NCBI GenBank assembly: GCA_963743915.1
Contig: CAVURN010000003.1
Location: forward strand, 256,001 to 320,000
Direction: 5' to 3'
Origin: an uncultured Actinomycetota bacterium
GTDB taxonomy: Bacteria > Actinomycetota > Actinomycetes > JAHEKZ01
Length of the DNA: 64,000 nt
Positions within the stretch are counted from its first letter, which is position 1; the number at the start of each line of letters is the position of its first letter. Shown in pieces: positions 42,359-51,405 of the stretch. The translations under genes and the position numbers were made by a program. The notes under the pieces are model-generated. The model worked only from the letters and a program-made list of their open reading frames with translations. It searched no databases and was not told the DNA's origin.

Positions 42359-43909
42359 TCACCGGTGGGTGTCGACGGTCTCGTCGAGCTTCACCTCGGT
42401 GTGCAGCGAGGCTGCGTCGTCCGGGGCGATCCCTTCGAGGTGCACGTCGGCGTCCGCCTCGGGGTGCGCGAACTCGGGTTCGATGGCCTTGGCACGCCAC
42501 CGCGGGGCCATCAACGCGAAGACCGCACCGATGGCGACGATCACGACGAGCCCGATGCCCATCTGTGTCACGAAGGTGGTGTCGATCGGGTCGCCCGGAG
42601 TCCAGACGAAGAAGACCGTCGCTGCAGCGATGAACCCGAAGACCAGCAGGGACGTGATCCACGCGCCGACCATTCCTCCGGGAACCCGGTAGGGACGCGG
42701 GGCGTCCGGGTCGCTGTAGCGCAGCTTCAGGAACGCGACCGCCATCACCATGTAGGACAGCAGGAAGACGACGGTGCTGAACGCGAAGAGGTTCCAGAAC
42801 AGGTTCTCGACCGTGGCGCCGGCGTCCATCTGGACGAGGGCACCCCACCCTGCGGTGAAGAGCGTGCCGACCAGGGCGGTGGCGAGCGCAGCCGCGACCG
42901 GCGTCCGGAAGCGACGGCTCGTGCGTCCGAGGACCGGTGGAAGGTCACCGCGTCGCGCGGCCTCCGCGGCCGACCGGTTGGCACCGATCGTCCAGGGAAC
43001 CAGTGCTGCGAAGAAGCAGTACAGCGCGCCGATGCCCAGCAGCGTCACGACGAACCCAGCCACGCCAGTGGTCCCGATGCCTGCCTCGAGGGCGCGGAAG
43101 AGACCGTTGGTGCGGTTGAAGCCGTCGGTCGGCACCAGAAGCAGCATGCCGATGGTCGCGATCAGGTAGAAGGCGCCGATCAGCAGACCTGCGCTGAAGA
43201 TCGAGCGCGGGACGTCACGCTTCGGGTCGCGCATCTCCTCGCTCGCGCTGCTCATCAGCTCGAAGCCGAGGAAGTTGTAGACGACCACGCCGAGCAGCAC
43301 GATCGAGCTCCAGCTCGGCAGCATGTCGGTCGAGGTCCACTCGGTCGCCGACCCGTCGGTCATGGCGGTGAGAACGCCGGCCACGCCGACGACCAGCATG
43401 ATGGCGACGGTGATGATGGCGGCGATGTTCGTCACCCACTTGCTGGTCTCCAACGTGATCACGTTGATCACGAAGTTGATCCAGATCAGGGCGACGGCCA
43501 TGCCGATCGTCCACCAGAAGCCGACCTTGAAGTCGAGCGTCTGCCGCAGGAGCGTCGCGAACATCAGGTACACCGACGGCAGCCAGATCCCGACGTTGAT
43601 CCAGTACCACCACGAGACCTGCGTGCCCCAGAAGCCTCCGAGAGCGCGCTTGACCCAGGCGTAGATGCCGCCGGTGTCGGCGTACGTCGATCCCAGCTCG
43701 GCCGTCATCAGGCCGTACGGCACGAAGAAGAAGACGAGGAGCACGATCGTCCAGAACAGGACGGCGGGCCCCTCCTTGGCGGTGATGGGCACCTGAGAGA
43801 GCAGCATGATCGCCGCCACGCTGAACAGGATCATGTCGAAGCGCCGGAGCGCCCCGAGCTTGCGATCCTTGGCGTGCGCGGGCTGCCGGGTGCTGGTTGT
43901 CGTTGACAT
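42359..43909 (-). CDS. aguD: APC permease, probable agmatine/putrescine antiporter
   Basis: [14 protein letters not shown]...[15 protein letters not shown]; lies between the transcarbamylase and the deiminase. Confidence 0.85.
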   Translation of the reverse strand: MSTTTSTRQPAHAKDRKLGALRRFDMILFSVAAIMLLSQVPITAKEGPAVLFWTIVLLVFFFVPYGLMTAELGSTYADTGGIYAWVKRALGGFWGTQVSWWYWINVGIWLPSVYLMFATLLRQTLDFKVGFWWTIGMAVALIWINFVINVITLETSKWVTNIAAIITVAIMLVVGVAGVLTAMTDGSATEWTSTDMLPSWSSIVLLGVVVYNFLGFELMSSASEEMRDPKRDVPRSIFSAGLLIGAFYLIATIGMLLLVPTDGFNRTNGLFRALEAGIGTTGVAGFVVTLLGIGALYCFFAALVPWTIGANRSAAEAARRGDLPPVLGRTSRRFRTPVAAALATALVGTLFTAGWGALVQMDAGATVENLFWNLFAFSTVVFLLSYMVMAVAFLKLRYSDPDAPRPYRVPGGMVGAWITSLLVFGFIAAATVFFVWTPGDPIDTTFVTQMGIGLVVIVAIGAVFALMAPRWRAKAIEPEFAHPEADADVHLEGIAPDDAASLHTEVKLDETVDTHR

Positions 43910-43936
43910 CGTGACCTCCTTCGAGGTCTTCGGTGG

Positions 43937-44974
43937 TTACGCCGACGGGACGCCGGCGAGGAAGTCCTGGACGAGGGCCTCGTGGTGCGCCTTCACGGCA
44001 GGCGTCGCGCGTGTGACGCGCGGGTAGACGTACCAGGCGAGCAGGCCCTTCTCGGTGTGGAGACGGTTCTCCGACTGGTCGTAGATGATCGACTTCGGCC
44101 CGTCCATGACCGCATCGGTCACTTCCACCCCGCGAGAAGCGGGCAGGCAGTGCATGAACTTCACGTGGTCGGGCGCGAGCGCCAACAGCTCCGGAGTCAC
44201 CTGGTAGCGGGGTTGGAAGGCTGCCGTTCGGTCGGGGATCTCCTCCTCCTGGCCGAACCACCACCACAGGTCGGTGTAGACGTAGTCGGCGTTCCGGACG
44301 GCGTCCTCGACCTCCGGCGTGGCCTCGTACCGACCGCCGTACAGCGACTCGTTGTGCTTCACCTCGTCGATCACCGACGGCCACTGACGTTCGATGCTGT
44401 ACCGCTCGGGCCGAGCGTGGATGAAGGTGCCACCGAGCATCGTCACGATCATCGCCGTGGACGTGCAGACGTTGGTGGCGTCCCCGATGAAGACGACCGT
44501 GAGGTCGCGGAAGTCCTTGTCGGGCACCTTGTGCTCTCGCATCGTGAAGACGTCGCAGAGCGCCTGCGTGGGGTGGTTGTAGTCGGTCAGCCCGTTGATC
44601 ACCGGCACGGTCGCGTACCTCGCGAATGACGTGACCGTCTCGTGGTGGAAGGCCCGGATCTCCACCGCGTCCACCATGCGCGACAGCACCCGCGCGGTGT
44701 CGGCGATGTTCTCCTTCTGCCCCAGGTGGATCTCGCCGGGCTTGAGGTACAGGGCGTGACCGCCCAGCTTGGTCATGGCGACCTCGAACGACACCCGGGT
44801 CCGGGTGGAGGCCTCCTCGAAGATCATCCCGAGGCTGGCATCGCGGAGCAGCTCAGGGCAGGCATGCCTTCGGTCGGCGTCCTTGAGCAGCCGGATCAGC
44901 TCCATCTGCCGGTACAGGACGTCCGGCCCCAGCTGTTGCGTGTCGAGATAGTGGAGGGTCGTGGGGGATGTCAT
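43937..44974 (-). CDS. ptcA: Putrescine carbamoyltransferase
   Basis: STRTRVSF, YLKPGEIHLG, NHPTQ, GDATNVC, FMHCLPA, C-terminal helical extension; operon context with aguA. Confidence 0.85.
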   Translation of the reverse strand: MTSPTTLHYLDTQQLGPDVLYRQMELIRLLKDADRRHACPELLRDASLGMIFEEASTRTRVSFEVAMTKLGGHALYLKPGEIHLGQKENIADTARVLSRMVDAVEIRAFHHETVTSFARYATVPVINGLTDYNHPTQALCDVFTMREHKVPDKDFRDLTVVFIGDATNVCTSTAMIVTMLGGTFIHARPERYSIERQWPSVIDEVKHNESLYGGRYEATPEVEDAVRNADYVYTDLWWWFGQEEEIPDRTAAFQPRYQVTPELLALAPDHVKFMHCLPASRGVEVTDAVMDGPKSIIYDQSENRLHTEKGLLAWYVYPRVTRATPAVKAHHEALVQDFLAGVPSA

Positions 44975-45204
44975 CGGAACCGACCTCCTTCCCTCTCATG
45001 GAAGAGGACCGAAGGGGCCCTGGCCAGCGGCGAAAGTCCCACGACCTGGTCACACCAGGCCTGCCGAGGACCGGGCCAAGGAAGCCAGAGGCTGATCCAC
45101 TCGACGGAGGGTCCGCAACCGGAAACTCGTGCCGATCCTGTCGGCCGAAGTTTCCACTCTCGCCGCCCGCCAGCCATGTCCCCCTCGTGAGCTGCTTCGT
45201 GCGC

Positions 45205-45691
45205 CTACAGCGGCAGCTCGAGGACCCTCTCGCCGTCGTGGATCGTGTCCGTCGCCCGGAATCCGTAGCGCAGGTAGAACGGCAACGGGGTGTAGGGGCC
45301 GTCGTGCAGGCCCACCGACGTGTACAGGATCTCGGCGGGCGGACGGGACCGGACGTACTGCACGACCAGGTCGAGGGCTGCCGTGCCGATCCCCTGCCGC
45401 TGCCAGGCCTCATCGATGAGGAGTCGCCACAGGAAGTACGGACCGAGGTACTGCGTACGCTCCGGCGGGATGTTGTCGCTGATCATCACGAAGCCGACCG
45501 GCGTCTCGCCCCGGTAGATGGCGCGGTACCACGGACAGGCGTCCGCACTCATCGCGTGCGTCGTCGAAGGACTGGGCGACGCTGGCGACGAAGTGGCTCT
45601 GGACCGGCGTCACCTCGAGAGCCAGGACGGCGTCGCGGTTCTCGTCGTCGATGGTCCGGAGCGAGACGTTCTCGAGCGTGCGTGCGTTCAT
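45205..45691 (-). CDS. GNAT acetyltransferase (diamine/spermidine N-acetyltransferase-like), frameshifted
   Basis: L.V...Q..FVASVAQS, YRAIY..ETPVGFVM, LWRLLID..WQRQGIG, FY.RYGF. Confidence 0.78.
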
Positions 45692-45778
45692 CTGCCCATG
45701 GTCGCCCGGCACGGCCGGTGGGACCACTGAATTGCGGTCGCTCGCGTCCTCACAGGCGCTGGACGGCGGCGCGGTTCG

Positions 45779-46105
45779 TCAGCTGCACCCCACGCAGGTG
45801 GGCGTCTGCGGGCGGAGGTCGAGCCGCTCGGCGGGGATCGGGTTGCCGCACACCAGGCAGACGCCGTAGGTGCCGGCCGCCAGTCGCTCCAGCGCCGCGT
45901 CCACCTCGACCCGGGTCTCCTTGGCCGCGGACAACCGGTCGAGCGCCGCCTGGTACTCGGCATTGGCGTCGGCGCTGGCATCACCCACGAGCTGGGACTT
46001 CAGCGTCTCGATGTCGGCGGCCGCCTCGGAAGCCTGCCTCCCGGCGTCCTCGGCCAGAGCGAGCAGGCTGGTGCGACGGTCCTCGAGCACGTCCGGTGCC
46101 GACAT
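45779..46105 (-). CDS. TraR/DksA family C4-type zinc finger protein
   Basis: Coiled coil then ALERL..GTYGVCLVCG.PIP.ERL..RP....CVGC; GAGGAG RBS. Confidence 0.9.
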   Translation of the reverse strand: MSAPDVLEDRRTSLLALAEDAGRQASEAAADIETLKSQLVGDASADANAEYQAALDRLSAAKETRVEVDAALERLAAGTYGVCLVCGNPIPAERLDLRPQTPTCVGCS

Positions 46106-46151
46106 GGTGACTCTCCTCAATCTCAGGGTGGGTCTCGGGCCTGCGTGGCCC

Positions 46152-46198
46152 AGAAACGACGAAATCCCCCGACTGCCGCGCCTGCGGTGCCGGGGGAT
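46152..46198 (-). terminator. Attenuator-like hairpin in the leader of the DksA/TraR gene
   Basis: ATCCCCCG...CGGGGGAT stem followed on the minus strand by TTCGTCGTTTCT, about 50 nt upstream of the start codon. Confidence 0.5.
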
Positions 46199-46495
46199 CG
46201 ATCAGGATCCGCGGCGCTACGGCGGCGGGACTCGACGCGCCCCCGACTCCATGCCGGCGACGACAGCAGAGCGCCACGACCGGGTGGGTACCCGGGCGCG
46301 GACGCAGCGTGGAGCGGAACGGCATGACACGAGGGTACCTCGGGGCGGCGCGAGAGGACGAACGAAGCAAGGTCACCACGCAAATCACCACATGTGGTGA
46401 TCTCCGCTCACCACCGGCGTCCATACCTTCCGACCATGCGCGACACCACCTCAGCCAGTGAATCGAAGAGAACTGGTCGGAAAAGGAGCTGAACC

Positions 46496-48670
46496 ATGAA
46501 CGCAGTCATCCGTCGTATCGGCGACCTCAGCGCAAGAAGGCCATGGACGATGGTCGGGGCGTGGCTCGTTGTCGCTGCCCTCTTCGTCGGGCTGTCCGGA
46601 GCCCTTGGCGGTGCTTTCGCCGACGACTTCAGCGCACCCGGTAGTGAGAGCGCCAAGGCCATGGACCTGTTGGAGGACCGCTTCCCCGAACAGGCAGGTG
46701 GAAGCGCTGTCGCGGTATTCGCAGCAGAGGAGGGACAGCGGCTGGACAGCTACCGCGCCGACATCACATCGGCGCTGTCACGGATCGCTCAGGTCGAGCA
46801 CGTCGCAACGGTGACCGATCCCTTCGCGACCGACCGCGTGTCTCCCGACGGGAGAGTCGCATTCGCTGAGATCACGCTCGACGTTCCCTCGACGGAGTTC
46901 GGTCGGGGTGCTGCCGCCTCGGTCGTCGACGCCCTCGAGCCAGCACGCGACACCGGCCTGACCGCGGAGTTCGGCGGAGACGCGGCCTTTCTCAACGCCG
47001 ACGAAGAATCGTCGGGGGCCGAGGTCGTCGGCATCCTTGCCGCCCTCGTGGTTCTCGTGATCGCCTTCGGCACCGTTGTGGCGGCACTCGTCCCCATCAC
47101 GATCGCGCTCGTTTCGGTCGCCATCGGGTCCACCGGCATTCTCCTGCTCGCCGGGACGATGGACGTGTCCACGGCGGCTCCGACCATTGGCGCCATGGTC
47201 GGGCTCGGAGTTGGCATCGACTATGCGCTGCTCATCGTGGCGCGTTACCGCGAGAACCGCACGGCCGGCCACCCCAACAGAGTCGCCTTGTCCGCGGCGA
47301 TGGGTTCCTCCGGCACAGCCGTCTTCTTCGCGGGTGGCACCGTCGTTCTGGCGATGGCGGCTCTTGTCCTCACGGGGGTGGGGTTCCTCACTTCCATCGG
47401 CCTGGCCACATCGATCGTCGTCTTCTTCGCTGTGGCAACTGCCATCACGCTGCTTCCAGCTCTGCTGTCGCTGCTGGGGGACCGGATCGACGCGGGTCGG
47501 GTGATCGGTCGGCGTCGTGCTGCCAAGCCGGTCGAGGAAACGTTCTGGTGGCGGCTCGCCCACCAGATCTCAGCACGGCCCTGGCCCTACCTCGTCGCCG
47601 GCTCGCTCCTGCTGCTTGTGCTTGCGGCTCCGGCGTTGTCGCTGAAGACAGGCTTCCCAGATGCCGGCGACAACCCCACTGCCCAGACCGAACGACAGGC
47701 GTACGACTTGCTGGCCGAGGGCTTTGGTCCGGGCTTCAACGCGCCACTGCTCGTCGTCGCGGATCTGCAGGGAACTGGTCTGCAAACCGGCGACGTCTCT
47801 CGCCTGGCCGAGGAGATCGCCGCCGTGCCAGGGATCACGGAGGTGGGCGACCCTCGGGTCACCGCCGATGGCGACACCATGGTGCTGCCCACTCTCCCCA
47901 GCACCGAACCGTCCGACCCTGCCACCCTGCAGACCCTGGAACGAGTTCGTTCCATCACCCCCACCGGCGTCTACGTCACGGGCCCAACCGCTCTCACGCT
48001 GGATCTCGACGAGCAGCTCAGCAACACGCTGCCGGTGTTCATCGGGGCCATCCTGGTCGCGTCTGTGCTCTTGCTGATGCTGGTGTTCCGGTCGATCACG
48101 GTGCCGCTGAAGGCTGCCGTCATGAACCTGTTGTCCATCGGCGCTGCGTACGGCGTCATCGTGGCCGTCTTCCAGTGGGGCTGGTTGAGCGCGCTCTTCG
48201 GCCTCGAGAGCACCTACCTGATCGCGTCCCCCCTTCCGTTCATCTTCTTCGCGGTGCTGTTCGGGCTGTCGATGGACTATGAGGTCTTCCTGGTGTCGCG
48301 TATCCGCGAGGCCTACGACGCCACGGGGGACAACGCCGAGTCCGTCGCCCGTGGGCTGGCGAGCACCGGCAGGGTCATCACGTCGGGCGCGTTGATCATG
48401 GTGCTGGTGTTCCTCGCCTTCATCCTCAACCCCTCACCCTTCGTGAAGATGATCGGGCTTGGGTTGGCCACGGCCATCGCCATCGACGCCACCGTCGTCC
48501 GCATGATCCTGGTGCCGGCGACCATGGCGGTGATGGGGCGGGCGAACTGGTGGCTGCCTGGCTGGCTCGACCGCGTGCTCCCGCACGTCAGCGTCGACGC
48601 GGAGGCTGAGATCCCGCAGGCGGTGTCGGAGCTGCCGGAACGGCCGGAGACAGTCGGGGTCCTCGTGTGA
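46496..48670 (+). CDS. MMPL family (RND) transporter
   Basis: GLGVGIDYALLI..RYRE, GFGPGFNAPL, FGLSMDYEVFLVSRIRE, TGRVITSGA, NWWLP; AAGGAG RBS. Confidence 0.93.
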   Translation: MNAVIRRIGDLSARRPWTMVGAWLVVAALFVGLSGALGGAFADDFSAPGSESAKAMDLLEDRFPEQAGGSAVAVFAAEEGQRLDSYRADITSALSRIAQVEHVATVTDPFATDRVSPDGRVAFAEITLDVPSTEFGRGAAASVVDALEPARDTGLTAEFGGDAAFLNADEESSGAEVVGILAALVVLVIAFGTVVAALVPITIALVSVAIGSTGILLLAGTMDVSTAAPTIGAMVGLGVGIDYALLIVARYRENRTAGHPNRVALSAAMGSSGTAVFFAGGTVVLAMAALVLTGVGFLTSIGLATSIVVFFAVATAITLLPALLSLLGDRIDAGRVIGRRRAAKPVEETFWWRLAHQISARPWPYLVAGSLLLLVLAAPALSLKTGFPDAGDNPTAQTERQAYDLLAEGFGPGFNAPLLVVADLQGTGLQTGDVSRLAEEIAAVPGITEVGDPRVTADGDTMVLPTLPSTEPSDPATLQTLERVRSITPTGVYVTGPTALTLDLDEQLSNTLPVFIGAILVASVLLLMLVFRSITVPLKAAVMNLLSIGAAYGVIVAVFQWGWLSALFGLESTYLIASPLPFIFFAVLFGLSMDYEVFLVSRIREAYDATGDNAESVARGLASTGRVITSGALIMVLVFLAFILNPSPFVKMIGLGLATAIAIDATVVRMILVPATMAVMGRANWWLPGWLDRVLPHVSVDAEAEIPQAVSELPERPETVGVLV

Positions 48671-48689
48671 CCGTCACCGGCTGAGTTCG

Positions 48690-48729
48690 ACGAACCATGC
48701 ACCCGCGTCAGTGCGGGTGCATGGTTCGT
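48690..48729. terminator. Bidirectional hairpin between MMPL and tRNA-Leu
   Basis: 17-bp perfect stem ACGAACCATGCACCCGC / GCGGGTGCATGGTTCGT. Confidence 0.75.
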
Positions 48730-48737
48730 GCCGGCTG

Positions 48738-48821
48738 TGCGCGAGGGGGGAGTTGAACCCCCAAGCCCTTTCGGACACACGGACCTGAACCGTGCGCGTC
48801 TGCCAATTCCGCCACTCGCGC
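48738..48821 (-). tRNA. tRNA-Leu(CAG)
   Basis: GCGCGAG acceptor stem, TGGCGGAATTGGCAGACGC D-arm, CACGG-TTCAGGT-CCGTG anticodon arm, long variable arm, GGTTCAACTCC T-arm; CCA not encoded. Confidence 0.96.
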
Positions 48822-48980
48822 GTGCCCCGGAAGGGCCACAGCAGGCTATCACCGGGCTGCACCCCGTCCCGAATCGCATCGTTGCTGGTCCAGCGCCCGA
48901 GCCGGGCCTCGATACGATCACGGGGAGGACAGGTTCGCTGGAAGGGCCCTGGCCACCTGACGCGACCCCGAGGAGGTGCG

Positions 48981-49655
48981 GTGGGCATCCTCGACCGTTT
49001 CGAGCGGCGCCTGGACCGGATGGTCAACGGGGCTTTCGCCCGCGCCTTCAAGGCCGAGGTGCAGCCGGTCGAGATCGCCGCAGCGCTGCAACGCGAGTGC
49101 GACGACCGCGCCGCCATCGTGGGACGCGGCCGCACGATCGTCCCCAACTCCTTCCGGGTGGAGCTCTCCCCCAGCGACCATGCGCGGCTGGAGGTCTACC
49201 GGGACGCGTTGTCCCAGGAGCTGGCGGACGTCGTCCGCGAACACGTCGGCGAGCAGGGCTACGCGCTCGTCGGACCACTGACGGTCGACCTGGAACGGGA
49301 TGACGACCTCGAGACGGGCCTTTTCCGCGTCCTCGGTGAGGCCGTCCAGGGGGAGATCCCACCCGACACCCATCTGCCCAAGGCGTGGCTCGACATCGCC
49401 GGCCAACAGGTCCCCCTGAACCAGGAGGTCGTGGTCATCGGACGGGGGAGCGAGGCCGACGTGCGGGTGACCGACCCAGGGGTGTCGCGTCGACACGCCA
49501 TGCTCCGGCTGCGCCCGGCGCCGAGCGTCATCGACCTGGGATCGACGAACGGCACGGTGGTGGACGACGTGCGGGCCGAGCAGTCCGACCTGCACGACGG
49601 GTCGATCCTCACGCTGGGCCGCACTCGCATCGTCTTCCGGGTCGAGGGCGCCTGA
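48981..49655 (+). CDS. fhaA: FhaA (DUF3662 plus FHA domain)
   Basis: FERRL...V.GAFARAF..EVQPVEI, VIGRG, VSRRHA, DLGSTNGT. Confidence 0.92.
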   Translation: MGILDRFERRLDRMVNGAFARAFKAEVQPVEIAAALQRECDDRAAIVGRGRTIVPNSFRVELSPSDHARLEVYRDALSQELADVVREHVGEQGYALVGPLTVDLERDDDLETGLFRVLGEAVQGEIPPDTHLPKAWLDIAGQQVPLNQEVVVIGRGSEADVRVTDPGVSRRHAMLRLRPAPSVIDLGSTNGTVVDDVRAEQSDLHDGSILTLGRTRIVFRVEGA

Positions 49656-50141
49656 TGTCCGAGCTGACCCTCACCGTCCTGCGCCTGGGGTTCTTGGTGC
49701 TGCTCTGGACGTTCGTGCTCACGGTGGCCGGCGTCATGCGGACCGATCTCTTCGGCCAACGGGTGAGCGGGGGGCGCGCGCCCAAGTCTGCGCAGCGACC
49801 GAAGCCGGCCGCCCGCCAAGGCCAAGACGCCCAAGCAGAGCCGACGCGGCACGGCGCGCACGCTCACGGTCGTCGAAGGCTCGCTGGCCGGCACGTCGCT
49901 GACGCTGGGGACGGCTCCCATCACCATCGGCCGCTCGCCGGAGTGCACCTTGGTGATCGACGACGACTACGCGTCCAACCAGCACGCGCGCATCTCTCCA
50001 CACCCGGGGGGCTGGGTGATCGAGGACCTCGGCTCGACGAACGGAACCTACGTCCAGCGCACCCGGGTCACCGGGGTCATGACGGTGCCACTGGGCACTC
50101 CGATCCGGATCGGCAAGACCGTGCTGGAGCTGCGCAAGTGA
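49655..50141 (+). CDS. fhaB: FhaB/FipA FHA-domain membrane protein, frameshifted
   Basis: MSELTLTVLRLGFLVLLW, DDYASNQHA, EDLGSTNGT, IRIGKTVLELRK. Confidence 0.88.
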
Positions 50142-50163
50142 CCCCCCAGCCTCGGGGGACGCC

Positions 50164-51405
50164 GTGGCGCTGAGCCTGCGCTACGCCGCCCGTTCCGACG
50201 TCGGCCTGCTCCGTGAGGGGAATGAGGACAGCGGCTACGCCAGTCCCCGGCTGCTCATCGTCGCCGACGGCATGGGCGGCGCCGCTGCCGGAGAGGTCGC
50301 CAGCTCCGTCGCGGTTGCCGCCTTCGCCGTGCTCGACGAGGACGAGCCGGGCAACGACCTGCTCGAGGTCTTCGGTGAGACGCTCCACCGGATCGAGGGG
50401 CAGCTCGGCGGTCTGGTCGAGGCCGAACCGGGGCTGCGTGGCATGGGCACGACGCTGACCGCCGTCCTGCGCTCGGGGAACCGCGCCGGACTCGTCCACG
50501 TCGGGGACTCGCGCGGGTACCTGCTGCGCGAGGGAAAGCTGGAGCGCATCACCCGCGACCACACCCTCGTCCAGTCGCTGATCGACGCAGGGCGGCTCAG
50601 CGAGCACGAGGCGGCCGCCCATCCGCAGCGCAACGTCCTGACCCGCGTCCTGGACGGCACCCGCCCCACTGAGGCCGACCTGTCGATCCGCGAGCTGCAC
50701 GTCGGGGACCGGATCCTGCTCTGCAGCGACGGCCTGTCCGGAGTCGTGTCCAGCGACACCATCGGCGCCACGCTCCTGGCGCACGACGACCCGCAGTCCG
50801 CCGTTGACGAGCTGATCGACCTGGCCCTTCGGGCGGGCGGGCCGGACAACATCACCTGCGTCGTCGCCGACGTCGAGGACGGCGAACCGGACACCGAGGC
50901 GGAGGCCGTGGCCGTCGGCGCCGTCAGCGTTCAGACGGACGCGCGACGGCTTCAGCTGCCCGACACACCGGCGGGACGCGCTGCCCAGCTGGCGGGAGGC
51001 GACGACCCCGACGACCGGCTCCCCGATCGACGGTCGCGGCGACGGCTGCTGTGGCTCACCGGGGTCGGGATGCTGCTCGTCGGGCTCGTGGTGGGCCTCA
51101 CCGTCGGCTGGTACGCGTGGTCGCAGCAGCAGTACTTCGTCGCCGCGTCCACTGACTCCGGCGATCCGGTGGTCGCCATCTACCGCGGTCCCACCGATCC
51201 GCTCTTCGGCATCGACCTGTCCCGCCTGGTCGAGACGTCGACGGTGTCAGTGGCGGCCCTTCCGGAGTTCGAGCAGGAGCAGGTGGACGCCGCGATCGTG
51301 GCCAGCAGCCTCGATGACGCCCGGGACATCGTCACCCGCCTGGCCGACGAGGCGCAGCGTTGCGACGAGCCGAATCCACCGGCCGGCTGCCCGGAGAAGC
51401 CGTGA
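50164..51405 (+). CDS. pstP: PP2C Ser/Thr phosphatase PstP
   Basis: SDVGLLREGNED, VADGMGG, GMGTT, HVGDSR, LCSDG, GGPDNIT, TM helix. Confidence 0.93.
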   Translation: MALSLRYAARSDVGLLREGNEDSGYASPRLLIVADGMGGAAAGEVASSVAVAAFAVLDEDEPGNDLLEVFGETLHRIEGQLGGLVEAEPGLRGMGTTLTAVLRSGNRAGLVHVGDSRGYLLREGKLERITRDHTLVQSLIDAGRLSEHEAAAHPQRNVLTRVLDGTRPTEADLSIRELHVGDRILLCSDGLSGVVSSDTIGATLLAHDDPQSAVDELIDLALRAGGPDNITCVVADVEDGEPDTEAEAVAVGAVSVQTDARRLQLPDTPAGRAAQLAGGDDPDDRLPDRRSRRRLLWLTGVGMLLVGLVVGLTVGWYAWSQQQYFVAASTDSGDPVVAIYRGPTDPLFGIDLSRLVETSTVSVAALPEFEQEQVDAAIVASSLDDARDIVTRLADEAQRCDEPNPPAGCPEKP

